From: Minisyncoccota bacterium
GTDB lineage: Bacteria > Patescibacteriota > Minisyncoccia > Phycocordibacterales > VMEP01
Direction: 5' to 3'
Assembly (NCBI GenBank): GCA_041661305.1
Contig: JBAZUR010000003.1
Location: forward strand, 5,103-69,102
Length of the DNA: 64,000 nt
Positions 35,777 to 46,415 of this stretch are shown piece after piece. A model generated the notes under the pieces. That model did not search any database, was not told the origin of the DNA, and saw only the letters and a program-made list of their open reading frames with translations. Each line of letters starts with the position of its first letter. Position 1 is the stretch's first letter. The translations under genes were made by a program, and so were the position numbers.

Positions 35777-37351
35777 ATGGTGATTCATTTTTTGAGAGAA
35801 AAATTAAACTATGTACTCAAAGATACTTTTCCAGAGAGTGGAGAAATTTCTTTTAATATTTCAGCAGATAATCGCTATGGTGACTACACGACCAATATTG
35901 CGATGGTGGCAAAAGCTGAAAATAAAACCTCTAAAGAAGTAGCGGAGATTTTTATTGGAAAATTAAAAGAAGATAAAGATTTTAATGAAGTCGTAAGTGA
36001 AATAAACATAGCCGGCCCTGGGTTTATAAATTTCACTCTTTCGTCTGAGGCAATATTGAAAGAACTCTCAAAAACTATAGAGGCGACAGAAAAAGGTTTT
36101 GATTTTATAAAAGACAAAAAAATAAATATTGAGTTTATTTCTGCTAATCCAACTGGTGCTTTGCATTTAGGTCATGGGCGCGGGGCTTTTTATGGAGATA
36201 GCTTGGCAAATATTTTCTCTCTCGCAGGAGGAGATGTTGTCCGTGAATATTATGTGAATGATTCTCGTGAGAGTAATCAAATCAAGGAGCTTGGCAAATT
36301 GGCTCTAGGAGTAGGGGAACAATACAAAACCGAAAAGACAATTGCGCTTATTGAGCAAAATGATTTTTTGCAGATGAGTGAAGTGGACGCTGGTTTTAAA
36401 TTAGCCACATTAATACAAAGAGAGAACAGAGATTTTGTTGAAGAAAAACTTGGAGTTCGTTTTGATGAATGGTATTCCGAAGACGGGAAACTAAGAGCTA
36501 GTGGCTCAAATCAAAAGATGTTCGATGAGCTAAAAGAGAAAAATTTTGTTTATGAAAAAGAAGGAGCTTGGTGGGCAAAAACAACTGAGTATGGCGACGA
36601 TGAAGACAGAGTCGTGCTCCGAAGTGACGGGACATTTTCTTATTTTCTTTCAGATATTTCTTATCACGCAGATAAGTTTTCTCGAAAGCACAAAGAGGTA
36701 ATTGATGTTTGGGGGGCGGATCATCACGGTCACGTAATGAGAATGATGGCTATTAAAAAAATGCTCGGTTGGGAGGGGGATTTTAAGGTTTTCATTACCC
36801 AGTTAGTTTCGCTTAAAGAAAATGGGGAAGTGGCAAAGATGTCCAAACGTGCAGGCAATGTTGTTCTGCTTGAAGATTTGGTAAATGAAATAGGCCTAGA
36901 TGTTGTGCGCTGGTTTTACAATGAGCGCGCGCTCAATACCCACATGGAGTTTGATGTCGCACTAGCGAAAGAACGCTCAGAAAAAAATCCTGTATTTTAT
37001 GTGCAATATGCGCACGCAAGAATGGCTTCCATTGTTGTAAATTGTTCCGCGCTCACTGAAAACGATACATCACTCTCTGCTGTTTTGGAGAATAAATCAG
37101 CACGTGTGCTTGCGACGAAACTGATTCAGTTTTCGGAAATGGTTGAATCAACTACAGAGGATTGTCAGGTTAACCATCTGACGACATATGCTTACGAGTT
37201 GGCCTCATTATTCTCTCAGTTTTATCGCGATGTTCGTGTTATAGAGGAAGATAAATATAATAAAGGAGCATTAGAACTTGTGCAGTCGACACGGACAGTT
37301 TTGGCAAAAACATTGGCACTTTTGGGAATCTCTGCTCCCGAGAAGATGTAA
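35777..37351 (+). CDS. argS: Arginine--tRNA ligase
   Basis: ISANPTGALHLGHGRGA (HIGH region), KMSKRAGNVV (KMSKS), C-terminal DALR anticodon-binding region. Confidence 0.9.
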   Translation: MVIHFLREKLNYVLKDTFPESGEISFNISADNRYGDYTTNIAMVAKAENKTSKEVAEIFIGKLKEDKDFNEVVSEINIAGPGFINFTLSSEAILKELSKTIEATEKGFDFIKDKKINIEFISANPTGALHLGHGRGAFYGDSLANIFSLAGGDVVREYYVNDSRESNQIKELGKLALGVGEQYKTEKTIALIEQNDFLQMSEVDAGFKLATLIQRENRDFVEEKLGVRFDEWYSEDGKLRASGSNQKMFDELKEKNFVYEKEGAWWAKTTEYGDDEDRVVLRSDGTFSYFLSDISYHADKFSRKHKEVIDVWGADHHGHVMRMMAIKKMLGWEGDFKVFITQLVSLKENGEVAKMSKRAGNVVLLEDLVNEIGLDVVRWFYNERALNTHMEFDVALAKERSEKNPVFYVQYAHARMASIVVNCSALTENDTSLSAVLENKSARVLATKLIQFSEMVESTTEDCQVNHLTTYAYELASLFSQFYRDVRVIEEDKYNKGALELVQSTRTVLAKTLALLGISAPEKM

Positions 37352-37369
37352 TGCTAATATAAGAAAGAT

Positions 37370-40300
37370 ATGGAAGAAGAAAAGAAAGAAACACAAGTTT
37401 CCCTAAACGAAAAAAGAATTCTTAAGTTTTGGAAAGAAAACCAAATTTTCGAGAAAACTTTAGAGAAAAAAACTAATGATAAGTTTGTTTTTTACGATGG
37501 GCCACCTTTTGCGACAGGGGAGCCACACTACGGACATGTTTTAGCTGGAACAATAAAAGATGCTATTCCGCGCTACCAAACAATGCGTGGTAATTATGTT
37601 CGTAGGCAATGGGGTTGGGATTGCCACGGTCTTCCAATAGAAAACTTGATTGAGCAGGAATTAAATCTTGGTCATAAAAAAGATATTGAAGAATATGGTA
37701 TCGATAAGTTTAATGGGGCGGCACAGAATGCGGTTCTTCGTTTTGATTCCAATTGGAAAGAGGTTGTTCCAAGACTCGGTCGTTTTGTGGACATGGAGCA
37801 CGCTTATAAAACAATGGATGCGACCTACACAGAATCTATTTGGTGGGCGTTTAAGACACTTCACGATAAAGGTTTTGTTTATGAGGGACATAAAATTATG
37901 TATGTTTGTCCACGTTGCGAAACACCGCTTGCTCAGTCAGAGGTAGCCGATGGCTATACAGATGTGACAGATATTTCTGTAACTGCGAAGTTTGAGTTAG
38001 TCGATGAGCCAGGGACTTATCTTTTGGCGTGGACAACGACACCATGGACATTGCCAGGGAACGTCGCGATTGCGGTGAATAAAGATATTGATTATGTAAA
38101 AGTTGAGAACGAAGGTGTGAATTATATTGTTGCGAAAGAGAGATTAGATTTTGTTTTTAAAACTACTTATAAAATAGAAAAAGAATTCAAGGGCTCTGAA
38201 CTAGTTGGCAAATCATACGTTCCAGTTTTTGATTATTATTACAACGATAAGACAATAAAAAATCACGAGAACGGCTGGAAGGTTTACCATGCTGATTTTG
38301 TGACAGCAGATAGTGGTACTGGTATTGCTCACGAAGCCCCAGCTTTTGGTGCGGAAGATATGGAGCTTGGAATTAAAGAGAAGCTTCCTTTTGTTCAGCA
38401 CATTTCAATGAACGGACAGTTTAAGTCTGAGGTAAAAGATTTTGCTGGTAGCTATGTTAAACAAAAAGGGGATACTCAATCTGCTGATATAGAGATAATT
38501 AAACACCTTGCTCAAAAAGGAACCCTATTTTCAAAAGAAAAAATTGTTCACTCGTACCCACTTTGTTGGCGATGCGAAACTCCGCTTTTGAACTACGCTT
38601 CTAGTTCGTGGTTTATTGAAGTGACTAAATTTAAAGATAAACTCGTTCTAGAAAATAAAAAAGTTCATTGGGTGCCTGAGGCAATCGGCGCAAATCGTTT
38701 TGGTAAGTGGCTTGAATCAGCACGGGATTGGGCGGTATCCCGCGCTCGCTTTTGGGGAGCGCCAATTCCAGTGTGGAAATGTGAGAAATGCGAGAAGCCG
38801 GTTGTGGTCGGCTCTCTTTCGGATATTAAAAAAATGTCTCCACTCTCGCAAAATAAATATTTTGTAATAAGGCACGGGCAGGCAGAGAGCAATGTGAGTG
38901 GAACGCCAAAAACGAAAGAAAGTGATGTTGATAATCTAACCGAGAAGGGAATAAGTCAGGTTAAAGAAAGTGCGCATTCTTTAGAGAAAGAAAATATTGA
39001 TTTGATTATCTCGTCTCCACTTATGCGCACTCGGCAAACTGCTACGGTTCTTGCCGAAGAGCTTGGTTTGAAAAACGAAGATGTTGTTTTTGATCCACGA
39101 TTGGCTGAAATTAACGTCGGCGCGTTTAATGGAAAAACCACCGCAGAGTATCATGGATATTTTTCTTCTTTGGAAGAGAAGTTTATTAAAAAAGCACCAG
39201 AAGGTGAGAGTTTGCAGGATTTAAAGAAAAGAGTTTTTGAGGCTGTTTCAGAAGCGGAGGAAAAATATGAAGGAAAAAATATTTTGATTGTTACCCATGA
39301 ATATACAGCGTGGATGCTTTTCACAATGGCAAAGGGGTTGTCGATTAGTGAGTCAGTTAAAATGAAACAAGAAAGAGGAGATGACTTCTTAAAAAATGCA
39401 GGAGTAGAAGAAATGGTTTTTGAGTCTATACCACGAAACAAAGAAGGTGATCTTGATTTTCATCGACCGTATATTGATGAAGTAAAACTAAATTGTGAAT
39501 GTGGTGGAAAAATGAATCGAGTGCTCGAAGTTTTCGATTGCTGGTTTGAGTCTGGTTCAATGCCATACGCTCAGTTTCATTATCCTTTTGAAAATAAGGA
39601 TGAGTTTAAGAATAATTTTCCTGCGGATTTTATCGCTGAAGGTTTGGATCAAACACGAGGGTGGTTTTACACACTATTGGTTTTAAGCACAGCTCTTTTT
39701 GGAAAAGCGCCGTTTAAGAACGTGATTGTGAATGGGATGGTGATGGCCGAAGACGGCAAGAAAATATCTAAGCGCCTAAAAAATTATCCTGACCCAATTG
39801 CTGTTGTAGAAAAATATGGAGCAGACGCACTTCGATATTATTTGCTTTCCTCTCCGATTATGCGCGCTGAGGATTTGAATCTTTCCGAAGCTGGTATTTC
39901 TGAGATATATAGAAAGATTATTGTTCGCCTTGAAAATGTTTATTCTTTTTATGCGTTGTATGCCGATGAAACTATTGAAGCAAGCGATAGAAGTAAGAAT
40001 GTTTTGGATTTGTGGATTCTCGCGAGATTAAACGAACTTAAAAACGAAGTGACCGAAGGGATGGATAAATATGAGATTGATAGGGCAACAAGACCGATTA
40101 ACGACTTCATAGAAGATTTGTCGACTTGGTATATTCGCCGTTCTCGCGAACGCTTTAAGAATGATGAAAACCCTGATGATAAAAAGGTTGCTTTAGAAAC
40201 AACCCTGTTTGTGTTGAAAGAATTGTCTAAAGTTCTTGCCCCATTTACACCTTTTGTGGCGGAAGATTTATATCAAAAAATTAAAACCGATAAAGACAAA

Positions 40301-40831
40301 GAAAGTGTTCATTTGGAGAAATGGCCAGAAGGGGGGTCTGTTGATAAAAATCTGATTGAGAAAATGCTCAATACAAGAAGAATTGTTGAACAAGCACTTG
40401 CTCTACGTGCTTCGTATGCGATTAAAGTTAGACAACCGCTATCTTTACTTGAAGTATCATCTCAGGATGGTGAATTTTTTGATGAATTAATTAAAGATGA
40501 AGTAAACGTTAAGGAGGTTGTTGTTAAAGAATCACACGAAAAAGGTTCTATGATGCTTAGTAATGAGATCACCCCCGAACTAAAAGAAGAGGGGCAGATG
40601 CGTGAATTTATTCGTGCGGTACAAGAGCTAAGGAAGAAGGAAAAACTAAACCCCAAAGATATTGTTATCTTGCAAATTGTGACAGAGGAAATGGGTAAAA
40701 ATCTTGTGAATAAGTGGCTGAACCAAATTAAGCAAACAGCAACAGTAAAAGAAGTTGAGTTTTTGGCTGATGTCGATGGTGAAAAAGTTTCTTTTGATGA
40801 GATGTCTTTTGTCTTAAGGTTGGTTAGATAA
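37370..40831 (+). CDS. ileS: Isoleucine--tRNA ligase (type 2) with an internal histidine-phosphatase-like domain insertion
   Basis: PPFATGEPHYGHVLAGT (HIGH), WDCHGLP, KISKRLKN (KMSKS-like), zinc knuckles. A RHGQAESN...IVTHEY segment is embedded at about nt 38851-39450. Confidence 0.9.
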   Translation: MEEEKKETQVSLNEKRILKFWKENQIFEKTLEKKTNDKFVFYDGPPFATGEPHYGHVLAGTIKDAIPRYQTMRGNYVRRQWGWDCHGLPIENLIEQELNLGHKKDIEEYGIDKFNGAAQNAVLRFDSNWKEVVPRLGRFVDMEHAYKTMDATYTESIWWAFKTLHDKGFVYEGHKIMYVCPRCETPLAQSEVADGYTDVTDISVTAKFELVDEPGTYLLAWTTTPWTLPGNVAIAVNKDIDYVKVENEGVNYIVAKERLDFVFKTTYKIEKEFKGSELVGKSYVPVFDYYYNDKTIKNHENGWKVYHADFVTADSGTGIAHEAPAFGAEDMELGIKEKLPFVQHISMNGQFKSEVKDFAGSYVKQKGDTQSADIEIIKHLAQKGTLFSKEKIVHSYPLCWRCETPLLNYASSSWFIEVTKFKDKLVLENKKVHWVPEAIGANRFGKWLESARDWAVSRARFWGAPIPVWKCEKCEKPVVVGSLSDIKKMSPLSQNKYFVIRHGQAESNVSGTPKTKESDVDNLTEKGISQVKESAHSLEKENIDLIISSPLMRTRQTATVLAEELGLKNEDVVFDPRLAEINVGAFNGKTTAEYHGYFSSLEEKFIKKAPEGESLQDLKKRVFEAVSEAEEKYEGKNILIVTHEYTAWMLFTMAKGLSISESVKMKQERGDDFLKNAGVEEMVFESIPRNKEGDLDFHRPYIDEVKLNCECGGKMNRVLEVFDCWFESGSMPYAQFHYPFENKDEFKNNFPADFIAEGLDQTRGWFYTLLVLSTALFGKAPFKNVIVNGMVMAEDGKKISKRLKNYPDPIAVVEKYGADALRYYLLSSPIMRAEDLNLSEAGISEIYRKIIVRLENVYSFYALYADETIEASDRSKNVLDLWILARLNELKNEVTEGMDKYEIDRATRPINDFIEDLSTWYIRRSRERFKNDENPDDKKVALETTLFVLKELSKVLAPFTPFVAEDLYQKIKTDKDKESVHLEKWPEGGSVDKNLIEKMLNTRRIVEQALALRASYAIKVRQPLSLLEVSSQDGEFFDELIKDEVNVKEVVVKESHEKGSMMLSNEITPELKEEGQMREFIRAVQELRKKEKLNPKDIVILQIVTEEMGKNLVNKWLNQIKQTATVKEVEFLADVDGEKVSFDEMSFVLRLVR

Positions 40832-40832
40832 C

Positions 40833-41423
40833 ATGTCTTATCACAGATACACAACGGAAAGTATTGTTTTAGGGGGAATGAATTTAGGAGAAGCGAATAG
40901 GTTGTTTTATCTTTTAACAAAAGATTTTGGATTGATTTTCGCGACAGCACAAGGAGTTAGGTTAGATAAATCAAAACTGAGATATCGCTTGCAGGATTTT
41001 TCTAGATGCAATGTTGATTTGGTTTTTGGGAAGAATACTTGGAGGGTGGTAGACGCTCTTCCTGTTTCAGAGAAATTTTCATTCCTTGAATATGGGGCAT
41101 TAAAGACAAAAGTTCTTGCGCGTATTTTCTCACTTACGCGCAGGCTTTTGCACGGGGAAGAACGCAACTTGCCGTTGTTTGAAGAAATTAATAGATTCGT
41201 TGATTTGATAAAAGAAAAAAACTTTAATCTTAGTGACTTACTTTTACTTGAAGGAGTTATGGCTGGGCGTATTCTTAAACACCTTGGTTACTGGGGTAAA
41301 GAAAGTGTTCCCGCTGAAATATTTGAAGGGGTTATAGATGAAGAAAAGATTAAATTGGCGTCGCTTTCAAAAAATAAGTTATTCAAAGAAATCAATAAGT
41401 CTCTCAAGGAGACGCATTTGTAG
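40833..41423 (+). CDS. recO: DNA repair protein RecO-like
   Basis: N-terminal OB-fold pattern (ESIVLGGMNLGEANRLFYLLTKDFGLIFATAQG). Weak. Confidence 0.45.
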   Translation: MSYHRYTTESIVLGGMNLGEANRLFYLLTKDFGLIFATAQGVRLDKSKLRYRLQDFSRCNVDLVFGKNTWRVVDALPVSEKFSFLEYGALKTKVLARIFSLTRRLLHGEERNLPLFEEINRFVDLIKEKNFNLSDLLLLEGVMAGRILKHLGYWGKESVPAEIFEGVIDEEKIKLASLSKNKLFKEINKSLKETHL

Positions 41424-41442
41424 GGCGTGATATAATATTCCG

Positions 41443-43365
41443 ATGTCAGAAAATAAGGATTTTAGTACTATTGATCGTATCGCAAAGAAGCTTTACAGCC
41501 CCTCGGCCCAAGGGAAAAGTTTTATTCGCCCAGGGGTTCTCAAAGAGAAAAGTTATGGAATAAATAATGAGTGGGCAGAGGAAGAGGTTGGAGTAGAAGA
41601 GACCGCTGTTGTAGAAGATAAAAAACCACCATCTATGTTTAAAAGAATATTTTTAGGGTCATTAATTTTTTTTGTAATTTCCGCTGTTTACGCCGGTTAC
41701 ACTTTTTTTGTTGGAGGAAATATTGTTTCTTCAAAAAATATCGATATTGAAATTGCAGGACCGTCATTTGTTGCTGGGGGAGAAGAGCTTGCACTTCAGG
41801 TCGTTGTTCGAAATGGAAATGCCACTCCGCTTGAGCTTGCGGATTTGCTCATTGAGTATCCAAAAGGTGCTGGGGCGGGAGATACAGAAGACGTTGAGCG
41901 CCTTAGAGATACACTTGGAGAAATAAGGTCTGGTGGATCAATCGAAAGAATAGAACGATTTAAGCTTTTTGGAGAAGAAGGTGGAGATAAAGAAATAAAA
42001 TTTACTCTTGAATACAGAATCGCTGGTTCTAACGCAGTGTTCACAAAAGAAACTAGTTACAAGGTCCGCATAAGCACGGCTCCCGTTAGTCTTTTGGTTG
42101 ATGCTCCAGAGGAAGGAAGCGATAACCAGGATTTTAAGTTTAGCGTAAAAGCATCTTCAAATTCGGAAGAGGGGGTAAGTAATCTTTTATTGAGAATTGA
42201 ATATCCAGCCGGGTTTGATTATAAGAGCGCTGAACCAAAACCAACTTTTGGTAATAATGTCTGGCGTATCGGAGATCTCAATAAAGGGGGCTCCAAAGAA
42301 ATATCAGTACTTGGCGTTATTCGTGGACAGGACGGGGAAGAAAGAACATTTCGTATTTATACTGGAGAGCAAGACACTAGAGATGAACAAAAAATAGGAG
42401 TAGTTTATAATTCCGCATTTCAATCAGTTCTAATTAAGCGCCCGTTTTTAAGCGCACAGCTTTTGGTGAATGGTAAAGAGGGAAGCACTATCTCTGTGTC
42501 ACCGCGCAATGTGGTGCAGAGCGAGATTATTTGGAAAAACAATCTTCCAACTAAAATTATGAATGCTCGCGTTGAAGTCGTGTTTACTGGTGATTCAGTA
42601 GATTCATCGACAATTATTGCTGACCGTGGATTTTATAATTCAGGAAACAATACTATTAGTTGGGATAGAAATAGCTTAAACGAACTTAGAGAAATACAGC
42701 CTGGTGATGGCGGTCGCATGAGTTTCTCTTTTTCTCCAAAATCAATATCTTCTGGTGATTATTCTCCAAATAAAGAAATCACTGTTTCAGTAAATGTTTA
42801 CGGGGAGTTTTTCGATACCTCTATGGGTGGTGGACAAACTGTTTCATCTCAAGCAAAAACTATAATTAAGATTAGTTCTGATTTTCAAGTTACGCCAAGG
42901 GCTTTGTATTACGGAGCTCCATTTAGTAACGAAGGGAAGCTACCCCCACAAGTTGGAGAAGAAACAACCTACGCTATTGTTCTGACTGCGGTGAATTCAA
43001 CCAATAGAATTTCTCGTGCGGTTGTTAAGACAACATTACCCTCATATATTCGTTTTGTTGGCGTGGTGTATCCAGAGAGCGAACAAGTGACGTTTAACGA
43101 CAAAACTGGAGAGGTTGTTTGGAATATCGGTTCAATAGAATCAGGTGTTGGTTTTACGAAACCGGTGAAGGAGGTTTCCTTTAAGATTGGATTCCGACCA
43201 TCGCTTGGGCAAGTCGGAAGAAATGCTCCTTTGACTGGGGTTGTAACCTATAGTGGCAATGATGAGTTTACTGGAAATGATGTGTCTGGTTCGATTCCAG
43301 CCCTAACTACTACCCTAAATAGCGACCAAGCATTTAAGCGGGGAGATGATATAATCGTCAAATAA
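41443..43365 (+). CDS. Large hypothetical membrane-anchored extracellular protein (possible CARDB/DUF11-like beta-sandwich repeats)
   Basis: N-terminal transmembrane segment FKRIFLGSLIFFVISAVYAGYTFF. Repeated beta-rich segments. Confidence 0.45.
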   Translation: MSENKDFSTIDRIAKKLYSPSAQGKSFIRPGVLKEKSYGINNEWAEEEVGVEETAVVEDKKPPSMFKRIFLGSLIFFVISAVYAGYTFFVGGNIVSSKNIDIEIAGPSFVAGGEELALQVVVRNGNATPLELADLLIEYPKGAGAGDTEDVERLRDTLGEIRSGGSIERIERFKLFGEEGGDKEIKFTLEYRIAGSNAVFTKETSYKVRISTAPVSLLVDAPEEGSDNQDFKFSVKASSNSEEGVSNLLLRIEYPAGFDYKSAEPKPTFGNNVWRIGDLNKGGSKEISVLGVIRGQDGEERTFRIYTGEQDTRDEQKIGVVYNSAFQSVLIKRPFLSAQLLVNGKEGSTISVSPRNVVQSEIIWKNNLPTKIMNARVEVVFTGDSVDSSTIIADRGFYNSGNNTISWDRNSLNELREIQPGDGGRMSFSFSPKSISSGDYSPNKEITVSVNVYGEFFDTSMGGGQTVSSQAKTIIKISSDFQVTPRALYYGAPFSNEGKLPPQVGEETTYAIVLTAVNSTNRISRAVVKTTLPSYIRFVGVVYPESEQVTFNDKTGEVVWNIGSIESGVGFTKPVKEVSFKIGFRPSLGQVGRNAPLTGVVTYSGNDEFTGNDVSGSIPALTTTLNSDQAFKRGDDIIVK

Positions 43366-43366
43366 T

Positions 43367-44689
43367 ATGGCAGACAACAAGAAAGAAGATGGTCTCATGG
43401 AAAAAATTGTGTCGCTTTGTAAGCGACGCGGTTTTATATATCAAGGCTCAGAAATATACGGAGGCCTTGCGGGGACTTGGGATTACGGCCCACTTGGTGT
43501 CGCTCTAAAACGAAATATTACGAATTTGTGGTGGAAGAGGTTTGTTGAGGAAAAGGAAAATATGTACGGTATTGATGCAGCCATTTTGATGAACCCCAAA
43601 GCATGGGAATCCTCCGGACATTTATCTGGTTTTTCTGACCCGCTTGTTGAGTGTGAGAAATGTAAAAAAAGATTTCGTGCAGATACTTTGGAGGATAGGG
43701 AAAAGTGTCCAGAATGCAGTGGAAAGCTTGGTGGAGAAAGGCAATTTAATATGATGTTTAAGACAAACATCGGAGCAACAGAGGACGAATCTTCCGCAGT
43801 TTATCTTCGCCCAGAAACTGCTGGCGGAATGTTTGTTAATTTTAAGAATGTTGTTGATAGTTTCCACCCAAGACTTCCTTTTGGAACAGCGCAAATCGGG
43901 AAGGCATTTCGAAACGAAATTGCTCCTAGAGATTTTATTTTTCGTGTGAGGGAGTTGGAGCAAATGGAGATTGAATATTTTGTTAAGCCAGACGAATGGA
44001 AAGATTCGTTTGAAAAGTTTCGTCTAGAGATGAAAGATTGGATTAGGGAAGTTGGTATAAAAGAAGATAGTGTCCACGAGCTTGAGGTGGGCGATGGTGA
44101 CCGTGCACATTATTCAAAAAGAACAATTGATTTTGAATTTGATTTTCCTTTTGGTAGAAAAGAGCTTTATGGTTTAGCCTATCGCACTGACTTTGATTTG
44201 AGTGCACATACAAAGGGTAGTGGTACTGATTTGTCATATTATGATGAAGAAACAAAAGAAAGATTTACCCCACACGTTATTGAGCCTTCGTTTGGTGTCG
44301 AGCGTACGGTACTTGCGGTTCTTTCAAGTGCTTATACAGAAGATGAGCTTGGCGGTGAGACACGCGCTTATTTAAAGTTGCCTCCAAATATCTCCCCGAC
44401 CTTAGTTGCAGTATTTCCACTCTTGAAAAACAAACCAGAGCTTGTTAAAAAAGCGGAGGAGGTTTACATGATGCTTAAAAAAGATTTTTCTCGTGTTTCT
44501 TTTGACGACAACGGTAATATTGGTAAACGTTATCGCAGACAAGATGAAATCGGCACTCCTTTTTGTGTGACTATAGATTTTGACACTTTAGAGGATGATA
44601 CCGTGACAATTCGTAATCGTGATACTGGAGAACAAGAGCGTGTTTTAATCACGGAATTAGTAAGCAAAATCGGAAGCTCGATTAATTAA
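43367..44689 (+). CDS. glyQS: Glycine--tRNA ligase (alpha2 dimeric type)
   Basis: YQGSEIYGGLAGTWDYGPLGV, class II motifs, C-terminal anticodon-binding domain. Confidence 0.85.
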   Translation: MADNKKEDGLMEKIVSLCKRRGFIYQGSEIYGGLAGTWDYGPLGVALKRNITNLWWKRFVEEKENMYGIDAAILMNPKAWESSGHLSGFSDPLVECEKCKKRFRADTLEDREKCPECSGKLGGERQFNMMFKTNIGATEDESSAVYLRPETAGGMFVNFKNVVDSFHPRLPFGTAQIGKAFRNEIAPRDFIFRVRELEQMEIEYFVKPDEWKDSFEKFRLEMKDWIREVGIKEDSVHELEVGDGDRAHYSKRTIDFEFDFPFGRKELYGLAYRTDFDLSAHTKGSGTDLSYYDEETKERFTPHVIEPSFGVERTVLAVLSSAYTEDELGGETRAYLKLPPNISPTLVAVFPLLKNKPELVKKAEEVYMMLKKDFSRVSFDDNGNIGKRYRRQDEIGTPFCVTIDFDTLEDDTVTIRNRDTGEQERVLITELVSKIGSSIN

Positions 44690-44695
44690 AGTTAT

Positions 44696-46345
44696 CTATT
44701 CAGGCTTTTTGTTTTTAGAAAGACAATATATTTCATTAGCAAAAGTTGGCAGAAATATTCTACCTGTTGTTTTGTTGAATGCTATTTTATCTGTAATTCT
44801 TTCTGTGGCCTGGAAAAATGCTGTGTTTTTTCCTGTTTTAAGATCGAGTTCATAAAGTCTTCCATCGTTTGATCCGATGTAAACACTGTCGTCGATTATT
44901 TCTGGGGAAGAAAAAATTCTGGCATTTGTTTTGAATTTCCAAACAACCACTCCTTTATCTAAGTCTATGCAGTACAGACTTTTATCAAGAGAGGATACAT
45001 AAGCAAAGCCGTCATTAACTGTAGGGGTAGAAAATATTGCCTCATCCGTTTTTATTTTATGAATTAGCTTGCCGGTCTTAGTTTCTAAAACGTATACACA
45101 TGAATCAAATGAACCAAAGACAACAACCCCAAGTTTTTCATCGAAGGAAAATGACCCCTTTATTTCACCCTCCGTCTTAAATGTCCAAAGAAGTTTTCCT
45201 GTTTTAACATCAAGACCATATACCGAAAAATCATTACACCCACAAATCACTATTCCTAGTTTAGAAGAATAAGCAGGTGAAGATTGAGTAAAATCAGACA
45301 TTGAGAACTCCCACATTTTTTCCCCCGAAGAAGAATCTAGGGCAACAAGGGCTCCTTGTTTTTTCCATAAACCAAACTCAAGACCGACAAAAATTGCACC
45401 GATGTCCTCTGCAATACAAGGAGATGACCCAATCCAGTCTGCTTCTAAGAAAACCCATTTTCTTTTGCCAGTAGAGGAATTAAGTGCGTAAAAATTACCA
45501 TCATTAGCCCCAAAATAAACAACATCTTTATAAACAACAGGGGAAGAGAAGGCCTTTCTTTTCTGAGCCCCTAATAAAATTTTATAATCCCAAACAGCCT
45601 TTCCGTCTATTTGGTTTAACGCCCAAAATACTCCATTGTCTCCGCCGAAATAAATTTTTTCTTTATCAACAGCTGGCGCTGATTTTGCGGTAACTAGGAA
45701 ATAGTTTGGTTTTTCACTTTTAAAATACCAGTCAATCTTAAAAGGAGTAGGAACGGGAAGCTCGGTCTTATCAATCAAATTAGAAACACCAAGCGAGCCC
45801 CCAAAGTCTTCAAGGGTAAAAAGGGAAATAATTTTTATTCCTCGTTCCGTGAGATAGGAGTAATATGGTAAATCTCGAAACCTTAAAATAACAAAAACAG
45901 CGCTTACTTTTTTACCAAGTGATTCAATAACCTCAATTTGCCGAATAAAACTTTTGCCACTATTAATAATATCGTCAACCAAAATAATTTTATCGTTGGA
46001 AATTTCACCCTCAATCATTCGAAGAAGGCCACTTTTTTTACGAGACTTTCGTATAAAAAATCCATTAGATATTTTATTTTTTTCCCTTACTTTTAAAACA
46101 AACGCTGTTATGAGAGGGATTGAAGCAACCTCGATACCGCCAATTTGAAAGGGATGTTCGTTTTTAAATTTTTCCCAAAATAATTCACTTACTATATTGA
46201 GAATTTCCGCACCAAGAAGTACTTTTCTAAAATCAAAAATCCAATCAGTTTCTGTGCCGTTTTGATCAACACTCCTTGCTTCTTTTTTTGTTATGAAGAC
46301 CTCTTTTTCTATTACTTCTTTAAGTTTTAATTGTGACGATTCCAT
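44696..46345 (-). CDS. Fusion protein: N-terminal type I phosphoribosyltransferase domain plus C-terminal PQQ-like beta-propeller
   Basis: PRTase PRPP-binding motif ILVDDIINSGKSF. The C-terminal half has repeated YxGxxDGxxYALxxxTGKxxW blades (BamB/PQQ-like). Confidence 0.6.
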   Translation of the reverse strand: MESSQLKLKEVIEKEVFITKKEARSVDQNGTETDWIFDFRKVLLGAEILNIVSELFWEKFKNEHPFQIGGIEVASIPLITAFVLKVREKNKISNGFFIRKSRKKSGLLRMIEGEISNDKIILVDDIINSGKSFIRQIEVIESLGKKVSAVFVILRFRDLPYYSYLTERGIKIISLFTLEDFGGSLGVSNLIDKTELPVPTPFKIDWYFKSEKPNYFLVTAKSAPAVDKEKIYFGGDNGVFWALNQIDGKAVWDYKILLGAQKRKAFSSPVVYKDVVYFGANDGNFYALNSSTGKRKWVFLEADWIGSSPCIAEDIGAIFVGLEFGLWKKQGALVALDSSSGEKMWEFSMSDFTQSSPAYSSKLGIVICGCNDFSVYGLDVKTGKLLWTFKTEGEIKGSFSFDEKLGVVVFGSFDSCVYVLETKTGKLIHKIKTDEAIFSTPTVNDGFAYVSSLDKSLYCIDLDKGVVVWKFKTNARIFSSPEIIDDSVYIGSNDGRLYELDLKTGKNTAFFQATERITDKIAFNKTTGRIFLPTFANEIYCLSKNKKPE

Positions 46346-46415
46346 TTTCTGTGTTTTTTATGCAAATTTACAATAAATGTCCTGATATATACAATTATAC
46401 TCAATTCACGAAAAT

